A stretch of 64,000 nt of DNA from the NCBI GenBank assembly GCA_024679065.1, contig JAGIQG010000008.1, positions 85,746,001-85,810,000 of the forward strand. Direction: 5' to 3'. The notes beneath the pieces are model-generated. The model searched no databases and was not told the DNA's origin. It saw only the letters and a list, made by a program, of their open reading frames with translations. Position numbers and translations under genes: made by a program. Origin of the DNA: Sphyrna mokarran. Its lineage: Eukaryota. This document shows positions 24,546 through 35,810 of this stretch, piece by piece. Numbering within the stretch: position 1 is the first letter of the stretch; each line of letters begins with the position of its first letter.

Positions 24546-25329
24546 TTGCACCCAGAGGGAGAGAGGGAAATAATAATAAAACAACTAAATGAAAAGAAGA
24601 AGTAACAGCAGAGCTGATCGCAGGCAGCCGCAGAACATGTACTTTCCTCTTCCAGTTCAAACCGAGCTTCATCCGGCTGACGAGGCCTCAAGGGTCAGGA
24701 AGCTTAGCGATCACAAGCCTGGCATGAAATAGATTGCGACTGACGGGCGACTTGTCAGGGAGGGAGGGGATTGCAATTTAAAAGATGATCACACATTTCC
24801 CACCACTTGGCAAGCTTGTTGCTTAATCTGCTTTGAGTCATCAATATAATGCGTAAGTAGCTGGTCCATTGAACACATCCACAGAGATTGTTCAGGACAG
24901 CCCTAATCGAAGTGAAAGAAACCTGACTTGACAGATAGAACAAGGCACATCTACAACACCCTTCTGATAACTTTTGCTTAGCAATTGAAACACGAAATGT
25001 ACCCTCCCTTGATTTCTTGATTTAAAACTACTTTGTCACACTTCTGTGACAATCAGCAGATTCTTGCAGTAAAACTCTAATACTGAGTTGTCAGTAGTGG
25101 GCAAAACTCCAGTAACTATTGGATTTAATCCAAATTCCTACTCAAGTTTTTTTTAACCAACTTTTTTTCCATTTTTCCTGTTTTCCCCCATCCCTCCTAT
25201 TTTGGACTTGGGTGCCACTGATTCTCTCAGAGAGCGCTACTATCGAACTAGCCAACTATCACTCGATTCCGCAGGTGGGTTTTCTCTACCTCTTTGGCAC
25301 TGAAAGGGAGATGTAGATTTGGTCTGTCC

Positions 25330-25865
25330 CTACCTTACCAGCCAAAGAATCATGCACTGCAAGACACGAGCAGTAGTGCTGAGAGTAGCTGTGCTAAGGT
25401 TGGTCTATGCATTACTTGCATGAAGACCAAGAAAGTGACAGTTGGATGGCAATAAAGCTCTCCAATCAACATCTGGCTACAAAACATCAAGGACATAGAT
25501 CATTTGTTCTCTGAGAAAACCGCATCTTCAGGAAAGCTGGCATGGAGATCATTATCCACACAAGAATTGCATACCAATATTGGTCTTCATCAGCTCCACA
25601 CAGTCTGTGCCATAAAGCTGCAACTCTACATTACTCTGCAGTAATACCAACCACACGCAAGGCATGGAAGAGAACAGCAAAGGAGTCACAAACATTGGAT
25701 GTCCTTCACTAGTATCGTCTATATCGGACCCTGTACATGACATAGAGAAACAGCACCGCCAGCAAAGAAGTAATACAGAGACTGGTTAGAGTGACCTTAG
25801 GATGTTGTGACAGAGATGAGTAAGTCTGGCAAGATGCAAATTGAGCCACAAAGACATACATCTCA
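25330..25865 (+). mobile_element. Decayed RTE-clade LINE fragment
   Basis: Broken translation AKVGL.I...KTK / KLQLY / AWKRTAKESQTLDV / KEVIQR resembles the RTE post-RT region. Confidence 0.5.
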
Positions 25866-28229
25866 CGAATGGACACCTCTGGAATGACAGTAGAATGTAC
25901 ACCACCGGAGTGACAGTAGAAAAGACGCTACTGGAGTGACAGTAGAATGGACATCTCCAGAGTGACAGTAGAATGGACATGACCACAGTGACAATAGAGT
26001 GGACACAGCTAGAGTGACAGTAGAATGGACATGGTCACAGTGACAGTAGAATGGACACGGCCACAGTGACAGTAGAATGGACACGGGCAGAGTGACAGTA
26101 GAATGGACACATCCAGAGTGACAGTAGAATGGACACGGGCAGAGTGACAGTAGAATGGACACGGGCAGAGTGACAGTAGAATGGACTCCTCCAGAGTGGC
26201 AGTAGAATGGACATGGCCACAGTGACAGTAGAATGGACACAGCTAGAGTGACAATAGAGTTGTCACCACCAGAGTGACAGTAGAATGGACACCACCAGAG
26301 TGACATTAGAATTGACACTGCCAGAGTGGCAGTAGAATGGACATGGCCAGAGTGAAAGTAGAATGGACACAGCTAGAGTGACAGTGGGATGACACCACCA
26401 GAGTGACAGTAGATTGGACACGGCCAGAGTGATAGTAGAATGGACACGGTCCGAGTGACAGTAGAATGAACACCTCCAGAGTGACAATAGAATGGACATG
26501 GCCAGAGTGACAGTAGAATTGACACCTCCAGAGTGACAGTAGAATGGACACAGCTAGAGTGACAGTAGAATGGACATCTCCAGAGTGACAATAGAATGGA
26601 CACAGTCCGAGTGACAGTAGAATGGACACCTCCAGAGTGACAGTAGAATGGACACCTCCAAAGTGACAATAGAATGGACATGATCCGAGTGACAGTAGAA
26701 TGGACGCAGTTAGAGTGACAGTATAATGGACACCTCCAGAGTGACAGTAGAATGGACACCTCTAGAATGACAATAGAATGGACATGATCCGAGTGACAGT
26801 AGAATGGATGCAGTTAGAGTGACAGTAGAATGAACACCTCCAGAGTGACAGTAGAATGGACACCTCCAGAGTGACAATAGAATGGACATGATCCGAGTGA
26901 CAGTAGAATGGACACAGTTAGAGTGACAGTAGAATGAACACCTCCAGAGTGACAGTAGAATGGACATGGCCAGAGTGATAGTAGAATGGACACCACCAGA
27001 GTGACAGTAGAATGGACACGGTCCGAGTGACAGTAGAATGGACACAGCTAGAGTGACAGTAGAATTGACACCTCCAGAGTGACAGTAGAATGGACACCAC
27101 CAGAGTGACAGTAGAATGGACACAGCTAGAGTGACAGTAGAATTGACACCTCCAGAGTGACAGTAGAATGGACACCACCAGAGTGACAGTAGAATGGACA
27201 CAGCTAGAGTGACAGTAGAATGGACACAGCTAGAGTGACAGTAGAATGGACACCTCCAGAGTGACAATAGAATGGACACCACCAGAGTGACAGTAGAATG
27301 GACACCTCCAGATTGACAGTAGAATTGACACCTCCAGAGTGACAGTAGAATGGACATAGCTAGAGTGACAGTAGAATGGACATCTCCAGAGTGACAGTAG
27401 AATGGACACGGTCCGAGTGACAGTAGAATGGACATCTCCAGAGTGACAGTAGAATGGACACGGTCCGAGTGACAGTAGAATGGACACAGCTAGAGTGACA
27501 GTAGAATTGACACCTCCAGAATGACAGTAGAATGGACACCTCCAGAGTGACAGTAGAATGGACATGGCCAGAGTGATAGTAGAATGGACACCACCAGAGT
27601 GACAGTAGAATGGACACAGCTAGAGTGACAGTAGAATGGACACCTCCAGAGTGACAGTAGAATGGACATGGCCAGAGTGACAGTAGAAAGGACATGGCCA
27701 GAGTGACAGTAGAATGGACACCTCCAGAGTGACAGTAGAATGGACACCTCCAAAGTGACAGTAGAATTGACACCTCCAAAGTGACAGTAGAATTGACACC
27801 TCCAGAGTGACAGTAGAATGGACACCTCCAGAGTGACAGTAGAATGGATACCTCCAGAGTGACAGTAGAATGGACACCTCCAGAGTGATAGTAGAATGGA
27901 CACCTCCAGAGTGATAGTAGAATGGACACCTCCAGAGTGACAGTAGAATGGACACCTCCAGAGTGACAGTAGAATGGATACCTCCAGAGTGACAGTAGAA
28001 TGGACACCTCCAGAGTGATAGTAGAATGGACACCTCCAGAGTGACAGTAGAATGGATACCTCCAGAGTGACAGTAGAATGGACACCTCCAGAGTGATAGT
28101 AGAATGGACACCTCCAGAGTGACAGTAGAATGGACACAGCTAGAGTGACAGTAGAATGGACACCTCCAGAGTGACAGTAGAATGGACATCTCCAGAGTGA
28201 CAGTAGAATGGATCCATCGAGAGTGGACA
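25866..28229. repeat. 26-bp minisatellite array 1 (~90 units; consensus gagtgacagtagaatggaca-cctcca)
   Basis: Direct tandem repetition visible; constant ~20-nt core with a variable ~6-nt segment. Confidence 0.98.
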
Positions 28230-31200
28230 AAGAACAAAGAACACACAGCACAGGAAACAGGCCCTTCGGCCCAACGAGCCCACATCACCATTTTAACATT
28301 CCCACTTCCACCCATGACCCTTGTCTATGTTTACGGAAATCTGCATTGGAACCAAATTGGGGAGACAATTTAGGGACAATTTGTTTCACCAATCAGCCTA
28401 AGAGCACATCTTTGCGGTGTGGGAAGAAATCGGAGCACCCGGAGAAAACCCTCGCAAGCATGGGGAGAATGTGCAAACTCCCACAGATACCGGTTCAAAT
28501 CCTATATCTGCACAGCAACAGTGATAGTCACTGAGTTGTCGTGTTGCCCATCAACTGGTCCAGTTTAAGCGTACACTAACGACATGAAGCAATAGGCTAC
28601 TCTCGAAAAAATCCAAGAGCAGTCCTTCCACGACCCATTGCGTGTATGCCCCTTGTTGGACAACAAGGCAGACCGAAGTACCTGTAGGATAAAAGAGAAA
28701 TACATCAACAATAAGCACAACTTATGCAATTTTCAGAACGTCCCAAGGATCATGATCCCTATTTAAATCAGCCTACTATATCCCTCCATCCCTATTCCAC
28801 TCATGTGCCTATCTAAGTATCTCTTAAATAACTCCAGCGTGCCTGCCTCTACCACCTTAATTGGCAGTGTGTTCCATACCCCTACAACCCTGTGTGTGAA
28901 AACCTCCCTCTAACATCCAAATTATACCCTACCTCCCTTATCCTAAGCCTGTGGCTCCTCGTCATATTTGATTCCAATCCAGGAAAAAGCTTACCACTGT
29001 TTAGTCTATCTATACCCTTCATAATCTTGTACACCTCTATTAGATCTCCTCTCAGTCTCTGTCTTTCTAAAGAAAGCAGACCCAATTTACCTAACATTTC
29101 CTCGTAACCCAGTCCTTTCAAACCGGGCAGCATCCTCGTAAACCTCCTCTGCACTCTCTCCAGGGTCTCTACATCCTTCCGGTAGTAAGGCGACCAGAAC
29201 TGGATGCAGTATTCCAAATGAGGTCTAACTAACGTTTTATACAACTGCAACATTAAAGGCCAGCTCTTGTACTCTATATCCTTTCCTATAAAGGCTAGCA
29301 TACCATAAGCTTTCTTCACAATCTTTTCCACCTGTTCTATCACCTTCAAAGCTTGTGCACCTGCACCTCCAGGTCCCTCTGTATTTCTGTACTCTTAATA
29401 GGTCTACCCTTTATCATATAACTCTCCCCTACATTATTCCTCCTGAAATGCATCACCTCGCATTTATCAGGATTGAATTCCATCTGCCATACATCTGCCC
29501 AATTTACAAGCCTATCTATGTCCTGTTGTATTGCCCGACACTACTCCTCACTATCCACAAGCCCAGCCATCTTTGTGTGATCAGCAAACTTGCTCCCTCT
29601 TCCAAGTCATTTATATAAATGACAAATAGAAGAGTTCCCAGTACTGAGCCCTGTGGCACACCACTAGTGACCGACCTCCAGATAGAAAAACACCCTTCCA
29701 CTACTACTCTCTATTTCCTATTACCAAGCCAGTTACTTATCCATCTAGATACCTGTCCTTGTATCCCATTAGCCTTGAGCTTTTCAACTAACCATCCATG
29801 AGGGACTTTGTCAAACGCCTTACTGAAATCCATATAGACAACATCAACAGTTCGTCCTTCGTCAACTGTTTTTGTCACGTCCTCAAAAAATTCTACCAGA
29901 TTCATAAGGTATGACATCCCCTTAACAAAGCCATGCTGCGTATCCCTAATCAGATCGCAATGCTCTAAGTGCATATATATCTTATCTCTAAGAATCTCCT
30001 CCAACAGCTTCCCTGTCACTGACGTTAAACTCACTGGCCTATAATTTCCAGGGTTATCCCTACTACCCTTTTTAAATAACATTCACTATTCTCCAGTCCT
30101 CCAGGCTCTCACTTGTGTCCAAAGAAGAGACAAAGATTTGCGTCAGAGGCCCAACAATTTCACCTCGCATATTCCTAAGAAGCTTGGAATAAATGCCATC
30201 AGGCTCTGGAGATTTTATCAGTTTTAATGCTACCTAGAAGATTCAACACTTCCTCCCTCGTAATGGATATTTCCCTCAACTGGTCTACAGCTCCCTCCAA
30301 GACAGTACCAGTCAACAAGCCCCTCTCTTTCATGAATACTGACACAAAGTATTCATTCAGGATTTCCCCCATTCCTACGAGACCGACTTTTCCTGTAACC
30401 ACCTTTTTATTCCTAACATAGGAGTAAAAAACCTTTGGATTTTCCTTAATCCAGTCCGCCAAAACCATTTCATGCCCCCTTTTTGCCCTTCTAACTCCCC
30501 GTTTGAGCTCCCTCCTACTCTATTCCTCCAATGCTCTCTCCGTTCCCAGTTGCTTTGACCTAACATACGCCTCTCTTTTCTTCCTAACCAAGTCCTCTAT
30601 TTCCCTAATAATCCATGGCTCTCTAATCCTGCCTTTCCCATCATTCCTCTTAGCCGGCACATATATTTCCTGCAACTTTATCAGTTTTCCCTTGAAAGAA
30701 TCCCACATGCCAAACGTGGACTTCCCATCGAACAAACTTTCCCAATCAGTTTCCGTAAGTTCCTGCCTAATCTGACTGTAGTTAGCCTTCCCCCAATTTA
30801 GCACCCTCTCATTAGGGCAACAAGCATCCTTTTCCATTTGTATCCTAAAGAAGACAGAATTGTGGTCAGTGTTAGCCACATGTTCCCCTACTGCAACTTC
30901 AACCACCTGCTCTGGCTCATTACTCAGAACAAAATCCAATATAGCCCCTTCTCTAGTCAGGCTAGCTACATACTGCTCCAATAATTCCTCCAATAGTCAT
31001 CCGAACCCGCAGCTCTATGTACCTTCCAGTCCACCCCAGGGAGATTGAAATCTCCCACTATAACAACCCTATTCTTTCTGCGCCTATGCAGAATGTTTTT
31101 ACATATGCCTTCTTCCACTGTCCGCGGGCTGTTGAGTGGCCTATAATACACCACTAGCATAGTAATTGCCCCTTTCCTATTCCTCAACTCCACCCTCAGC

Positions 31201-31572
31201 AACTCAATTCCTAACTCTATATTGTCTTCCCTCTGCACCACTGTGATGCTCTCCCTAATTAACAATGCCACTCCCCCACCTATTCTCGACCCTCCTCTGT
31301 CATACCTGAAACATTTATACCCCAGGAATATTCAGCTGCCGGTGCTCCCCTTCCTTTAACCATGCCTCTGTTACTGCAACCACATCTAAGTTCCTTGCGA
31401 ACGTTAAGGCCCAAGTTCATCTGTTTTTCCTGTTATGCTCCTCGCATTAAAACAGACGCAGTCCAAATCTCCAAGTCCACTCAGAACCTCTTTCTCCTTG
31501 GTGAATACGCTCTCATTCAAACTTACTCTATCACCCATCTCGCTCCCAATCCCACTATCTACTGAGCTATCG
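28227..31572 (-). mobile_element. CR1 LINE, near-complete but frameshifted ORF2 (APE endonuclease + RT) with V-domain-containing 3' UTR
   Basis: ORF pieces: CFNARSI (EN start), [75 protein letters not shown]. Confidence 0.93.
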
Positions 31573-32075
31573 GTGACAGTAGAATGGGCAGCTCCAGAAT
31601 GACAGTAGAATGGACAAGGCCAAAGTGACAGTAGAACGGACAAATCTAGAGTGACAGTAGAATGGACAAGGCCAAAGTGACAATAGAATGGGTAAGGCCA
31701 AAGTGACAGTAGAATGGAAATGGCCAGAGTCACAGTAGAATGGACACATCCACAGTGACAGTAGAATGGACGAGGCCAAAGTGACAGTAGAATGGACATG
31801 GCCAGAATGACAGTAGAATGGACATGTCCGGAGTGACAGTAGAATGGACAAGGCCAAAGTGACAGTAGAATGGACATAGCCAGAGTGACAGTAAAATGGA
31901 CATATCCACAGTGACAGTAGAATGGACACGGCCAGAGTGACAGTAGAATGGACAAGGCCAAAGTGACAGTAGAATGGACATGGCCAGAGTGACATTAGAA
32001 TGGACTCCTCCAGAGTGACAGTAGAATGGACATGGCCAGAGTGACAGTGGGATGGACACGGGCAGAGTGACAGTA
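31573..32075. repeat. 26-bp minisatellite array 2 (~19 units, same family as array 1)
   Basis: Same gtgacagtagaatggaca core; dominant variants aggccaa and tggccag. Confidence 0.97.
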
Positions 32076-32079
32076 AAAA

Positions 32080-33290
32080 AAAAGAAAAGTAAAGTATACA
32101 AAAGTTTCAGAAAGCTCGGAGATGTTAGGGATCTAGAGGAGTATATGGCTTGTAGGAAGGAAGTTAAGAAGGAAAGTAGAAGAACAGAAGGGGTCATGAG
32201 AAGGCCTTGGCTGATAAGATTAAGGAGAAGGTGTTCTACAAATATGTGAAGAGTAAAAGGCTGAGATGTGAAGGAATAGGAACTATAAAATGTGAAGGTG
32301 GGAAAGTTTGTACAAAACCAGTAGAAATAACAGAGTTGTTCAGTGCAGACTCAATGGGCCGAAGGGCCTCTTTCTGCATGTAGGGTTCTATGGTTATTAC
32401 TTCATGTTGAAAAAGATCTGGGTGTTGTACTGCAGGCATGTGGCAGACTGGAAAGATTGAGTACGTGGACATTAAGAAAGAGGATGTGTTGGAAGTTTTG
32501 AATAGCATCAAGATAGATAAATCGATGGGACTGGATGGGATGTACTCCAGGTTACTGTGGGAGGCCAGGGAAGAAATTTCAGAACCTCTGGTGATGTTTC
32601 TTGCATCATCAATGGAGACAGGAGAGGTTCCGGAGGATTGGAGAATTGTGAATGTGGTTCCTATATTCAAGAAAGGGAATAAGGATAGCCTAAGAAATTA
32701 CCGACCGGTAACTCTAACCTCAGTGGTTGGTAAGTTGATGGAGAAGATTCTGAGGGACAGGATTAATGAACATTTAGAGAAGTTTAGTATGTCTTATGAG
32801 CCTGGTTGAGTTCTTTGAAAATGTGACTAAATACATTGAAGAAGGAAGAGCGGTAGATGTGATTTGTATGGACTTCAGCAAGGCATTTGATAAGGTCCCC
32901 CATGCAAGACTTCTTGAGAAAGTGAGAGGGCATGGGATCTAAAGGGCTGTTGCCTTGTAGATCCAGAACTGGCTTACCTGTAGAAGGAAGAGAGTGGTTG
33001 TAGATGGGTCTTTTTCTGCATGGGGGCGAGTGACCAATGGAGTGCCCCAGGGATCTGTTCTGGGACCTTGTTGTTTATAATTTTCATAAATGACCTGGAT
33101 GAGGAAGTGAAAGTATGGGTTGGTAAGTTTGCTGACGACATGAAGGTTGGTGGTGTTTTGGATAGTTTGCAGGGTGTCAGAGTTGCAGCTTAACATAAAT
33201 AGGATGCAAGGTTGCGCAGAGAACTGGCAGATGGACTTCAACCCGGATAAATGTGTAGTGGTCCATTTTGGCAGGACGCATAAGGTAGGA
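32080..33290 (+). mobile_element. CR1 LINE internal fragment (linker + RT)
   Basis: ORFs: KIDKSMGLDGMYSRLL, EDWRIVNVVPIFKKG..NYRPVTLTS, WQMDFNPDKC..HFGR; DNA for DFSKAFDKVPH and GVPQGSVLG. Confidence 0.9.
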
Positions 33291-33809
33291 AATCCTATTG
33301 ACACCAATGAGACCAGAACCAATGAGACCAATGGCAGACTGCCTCCTGTTGTAGGGAAACATGCTACAGGGGGTGGGGGAGGGGCAGAAAATCCCACTGA
33401 GAGTCTTTGCACTGTGCAAATCTTTTACTGGAACAAGTGCATGCTGACATTGGCTATTTGCCTGGATGATGTTCATTATTTGGGCAATATCATTCCTGTA
33501 GCCCTTGTTGCCTGATGACTCTTGTCGTTCCGTTGAGTTTGCTAAGGACTCGTGGACCTCAAGGACTGATAGTTATCCAATACTCAGAACAGCTTGTAAA
33601 ATTCCCTCTCCTTGTCCAGTCTATTGCTATAAAGGAGCAACTTCACTAATTTAGTGTATATGCTTACAACTGTGCCTGTGCATCATGTTTTGCTTTTTTC
33701 AATTCCTGCTTTGATTTGCCAACTATAGAATTGTGAATCATTTTTTCCTTTTGGCACGTTTTGTATTGTTCTTGAAATTTGTTTGGTCAAGGGCAATTTG
33801 TGGCATCTC

Positions 33810-34075
33810 TAAATGCTCTTGAACTGAATGGCTTGCCTGGTCATTTCAAGGCACAGTTAAGAGTCAGCAAAGGAGTCACAGGTAAGCCAGGTAAGGATGG
33901 CAATTTCCTTGCCTAAAGGACATCAGTAAACTTATCAATCAAAGATAGTTTCATTTTATATTCCAGATTTTATTAACTGAATTTAAATTCCACTCTATGC
34001 TGGAATTTGAACCCATGTCCCCAGACTATTAGTCTGGGTTCCTGGATTATTAGTCCAGTGATATTATCACTATGG
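33810..34075 (-). mobile_element. tRNA-headed SINE, family B
   Basis: cttgaactgaatggcttgc...ttaagagtcagc...tttgaacccatgtccccaga...tagtccagtga. Confidence 0.65.
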
Positions 34076-34289
34076 CTTCGTCTCAATTGGCAAGTCAAAA
34101 TGAAGCCAGAAACTGAGTGTCACTGGTGGAACCCAATCTGAGCTTCAACTGCATCAAAATCCAGGATTTCCTTTCTTAACACCAATGTGGGTCCATATAT
34201 ACCACATGGACAGTAGCGGTTTAAAATGGCGACTCACCACTACATTCCCAAGGGCAATTAGGGATGGATAATAAATACTTATCTAGGCA

Positions 34290-35445
34290 GTGATGGCGGC
34301 AGTGAGCTGCCTTCTTAAACTGCTGCAGTCCCTCAGGTGTAGATACATCCACAATGCTGCAAGGGAGGGAATACTTGGATTTTGACCCAGCTACAGTAGA
34401 GGAACAATTATATATTTCCAAGTCAAGATAGTGGCTTGGAGGGGAAATTGCAGGTGATGGTGTTCCCAGGTACCTGCTGCCCTTTTCCTTCTAGTTAGTA
34501 TTGGTTGTCCATTTAGAAGATGCTATGTAAGGAACCTTGGTGAGTTCCTGTAGTGCATCTTGTCAATGACACGTAAGGCTACAACGGTGTCTATGGTGGA
34601 GGGATTTAATGTTTGTGAAAAGAATAGCAATCAAGTGGGCTGCTTTGAACTTAATGGTGGAGTGCTGTTGGAGCTGCACTCATCTAGGCAAGTGAAGAGT
34701 ATTCCATTGTGGCCTGTGCCGGTACATGGTGGAAAGACTTTGGGGAATCTGGAGGTGAGTTATTTACTGTAGGATTCCTAGCCTTTGGCTTGTTCTAGTA
34801 ACCACAGTATTTATTTGGCCAGTCCAGTTCAGTTTCTGGTCAGTGATAGCCCCAGGATGTTCATAGTAAGGATTCATTGATGATAATGCCATTGAATATC
34901 AAGCATTGATGGTTAGATCCTCTCTTGCTGGAGATGGTCGTTGCGTAGCATTTGAGCAGCATGAATGTTATTTGCTACTTGTCAGCCCAAGCCTGGTTTT
35001 TGTCCACGTCTTGGTGCATTTGGATATGAACTACTTCAGTATCTGAGGAATTGTGAATGGTGCCAAATATTATGCAGTCATCTGTGAACATCCCCACTTC
35101 TAACCTTATGATGGAAGGATGATCATTGATGAAGCAGCTGAAGATGGTTGGGTCTAGGAAATCCTGGAGCTGAAATGATTAACCTCCAACTACCACAACC
35201 ATTTTTCTTTGTGTTAGATATAACCTGAATCAGTGAAGCATTTTCCCTCTGATTTCCATTTACTCCAATTTTACTAGGGCTCCTTGATGCCACGTTCAGT
35301 CAAATGGAGCCTTGATGTCAAGGGCAGTCACCTCACCTCACCTCTGGCATTCAGCTCTTTTGTCCATGTTGAATCAAGACTATAATGGGGTCTGGAACTA
35401 AGTGACCCTGGTGAAGCTCAAATTGGGTACCCATGAGCAGGTTAT
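34290..35445 (-). mobile_element. Old L2/CR1-clade LINE fragment
   Basis: Same family as 3660-4690 in reverse orientation (ccttgatgtcaagggcagtcac; cttcagtatctgaggaattgtgaatgg). Confidence 0.65.
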
Positions 35446-35457
35446 TGCTGAATTTAT

Positions 35458-35810
35458 GGGGAGGTGATGATGTACTGGTATTGTCACTGGACTAATAATA
35501 CAGTAATACAGGGTAATGTTCTCAGGATACAGGTTCAAATCCCACCATAGTAGGTGGTGCAATTTGAATTCAATAAAAATCTAGAATTAAAAGTTTGACC
35601 ATGACCATAAAACAATTGTTGTCAGTTGTAAAAACTCATTGGTTTCACTAATGGCCTCTATGTAAGGAAATCTGTCATTCTTACCTGGTCTGGCCTACGT
35701 GTGATTCCAGACCCACAGCAATATGATTGACTATTAACTATCCTCTTGAAAGGCCTAGCAAGCCACTCAGTTCAAGGGCAATTTGACATGAGCAACAAAT
35801 GCTGGTCCTT
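35458..35810 (+). mobile_element. tRNA-headed SINE, family B
   Basis: ggtattgtcactggacta...ggttcaaatcccacc...aaggaaatctg...ccagacccacagcaat...caagggcaatt tail. Confidence 0.8.

Noticed and set aside
25786-28315. Many long minus-strand ORFs (up to 253 aa) with repeated VSILLSLWRCPFYCHSGGVHSTVTLE, including a CxxxCH heme-like motif
   Set aside because: Artefact of a 26-bp unit that has no minus-strand stop. All three frames give the same 26-aa repeat, and there is no splice or start evidence.
31404-31961. 185-aa ORF fusing the repeat peptide to a CR1 endonuclease start
   Set aside because: Chance read-through across the insertion junction; it terminates soon after CFNARSI.
25866-32075. CRISPR array next to a reverse transcriptase
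   Set aside because: Variable parts are only ~6 nt and recur, the context is a vertebrate genome, there are no cas genes, and the RT is an ordinary broken CR1.
33300-33335. Clustered CCAAT boxes (accaatgagacc repeats)
   Set aside because: A tiny local duplication at a CR1 breakpoint with no associated gene.
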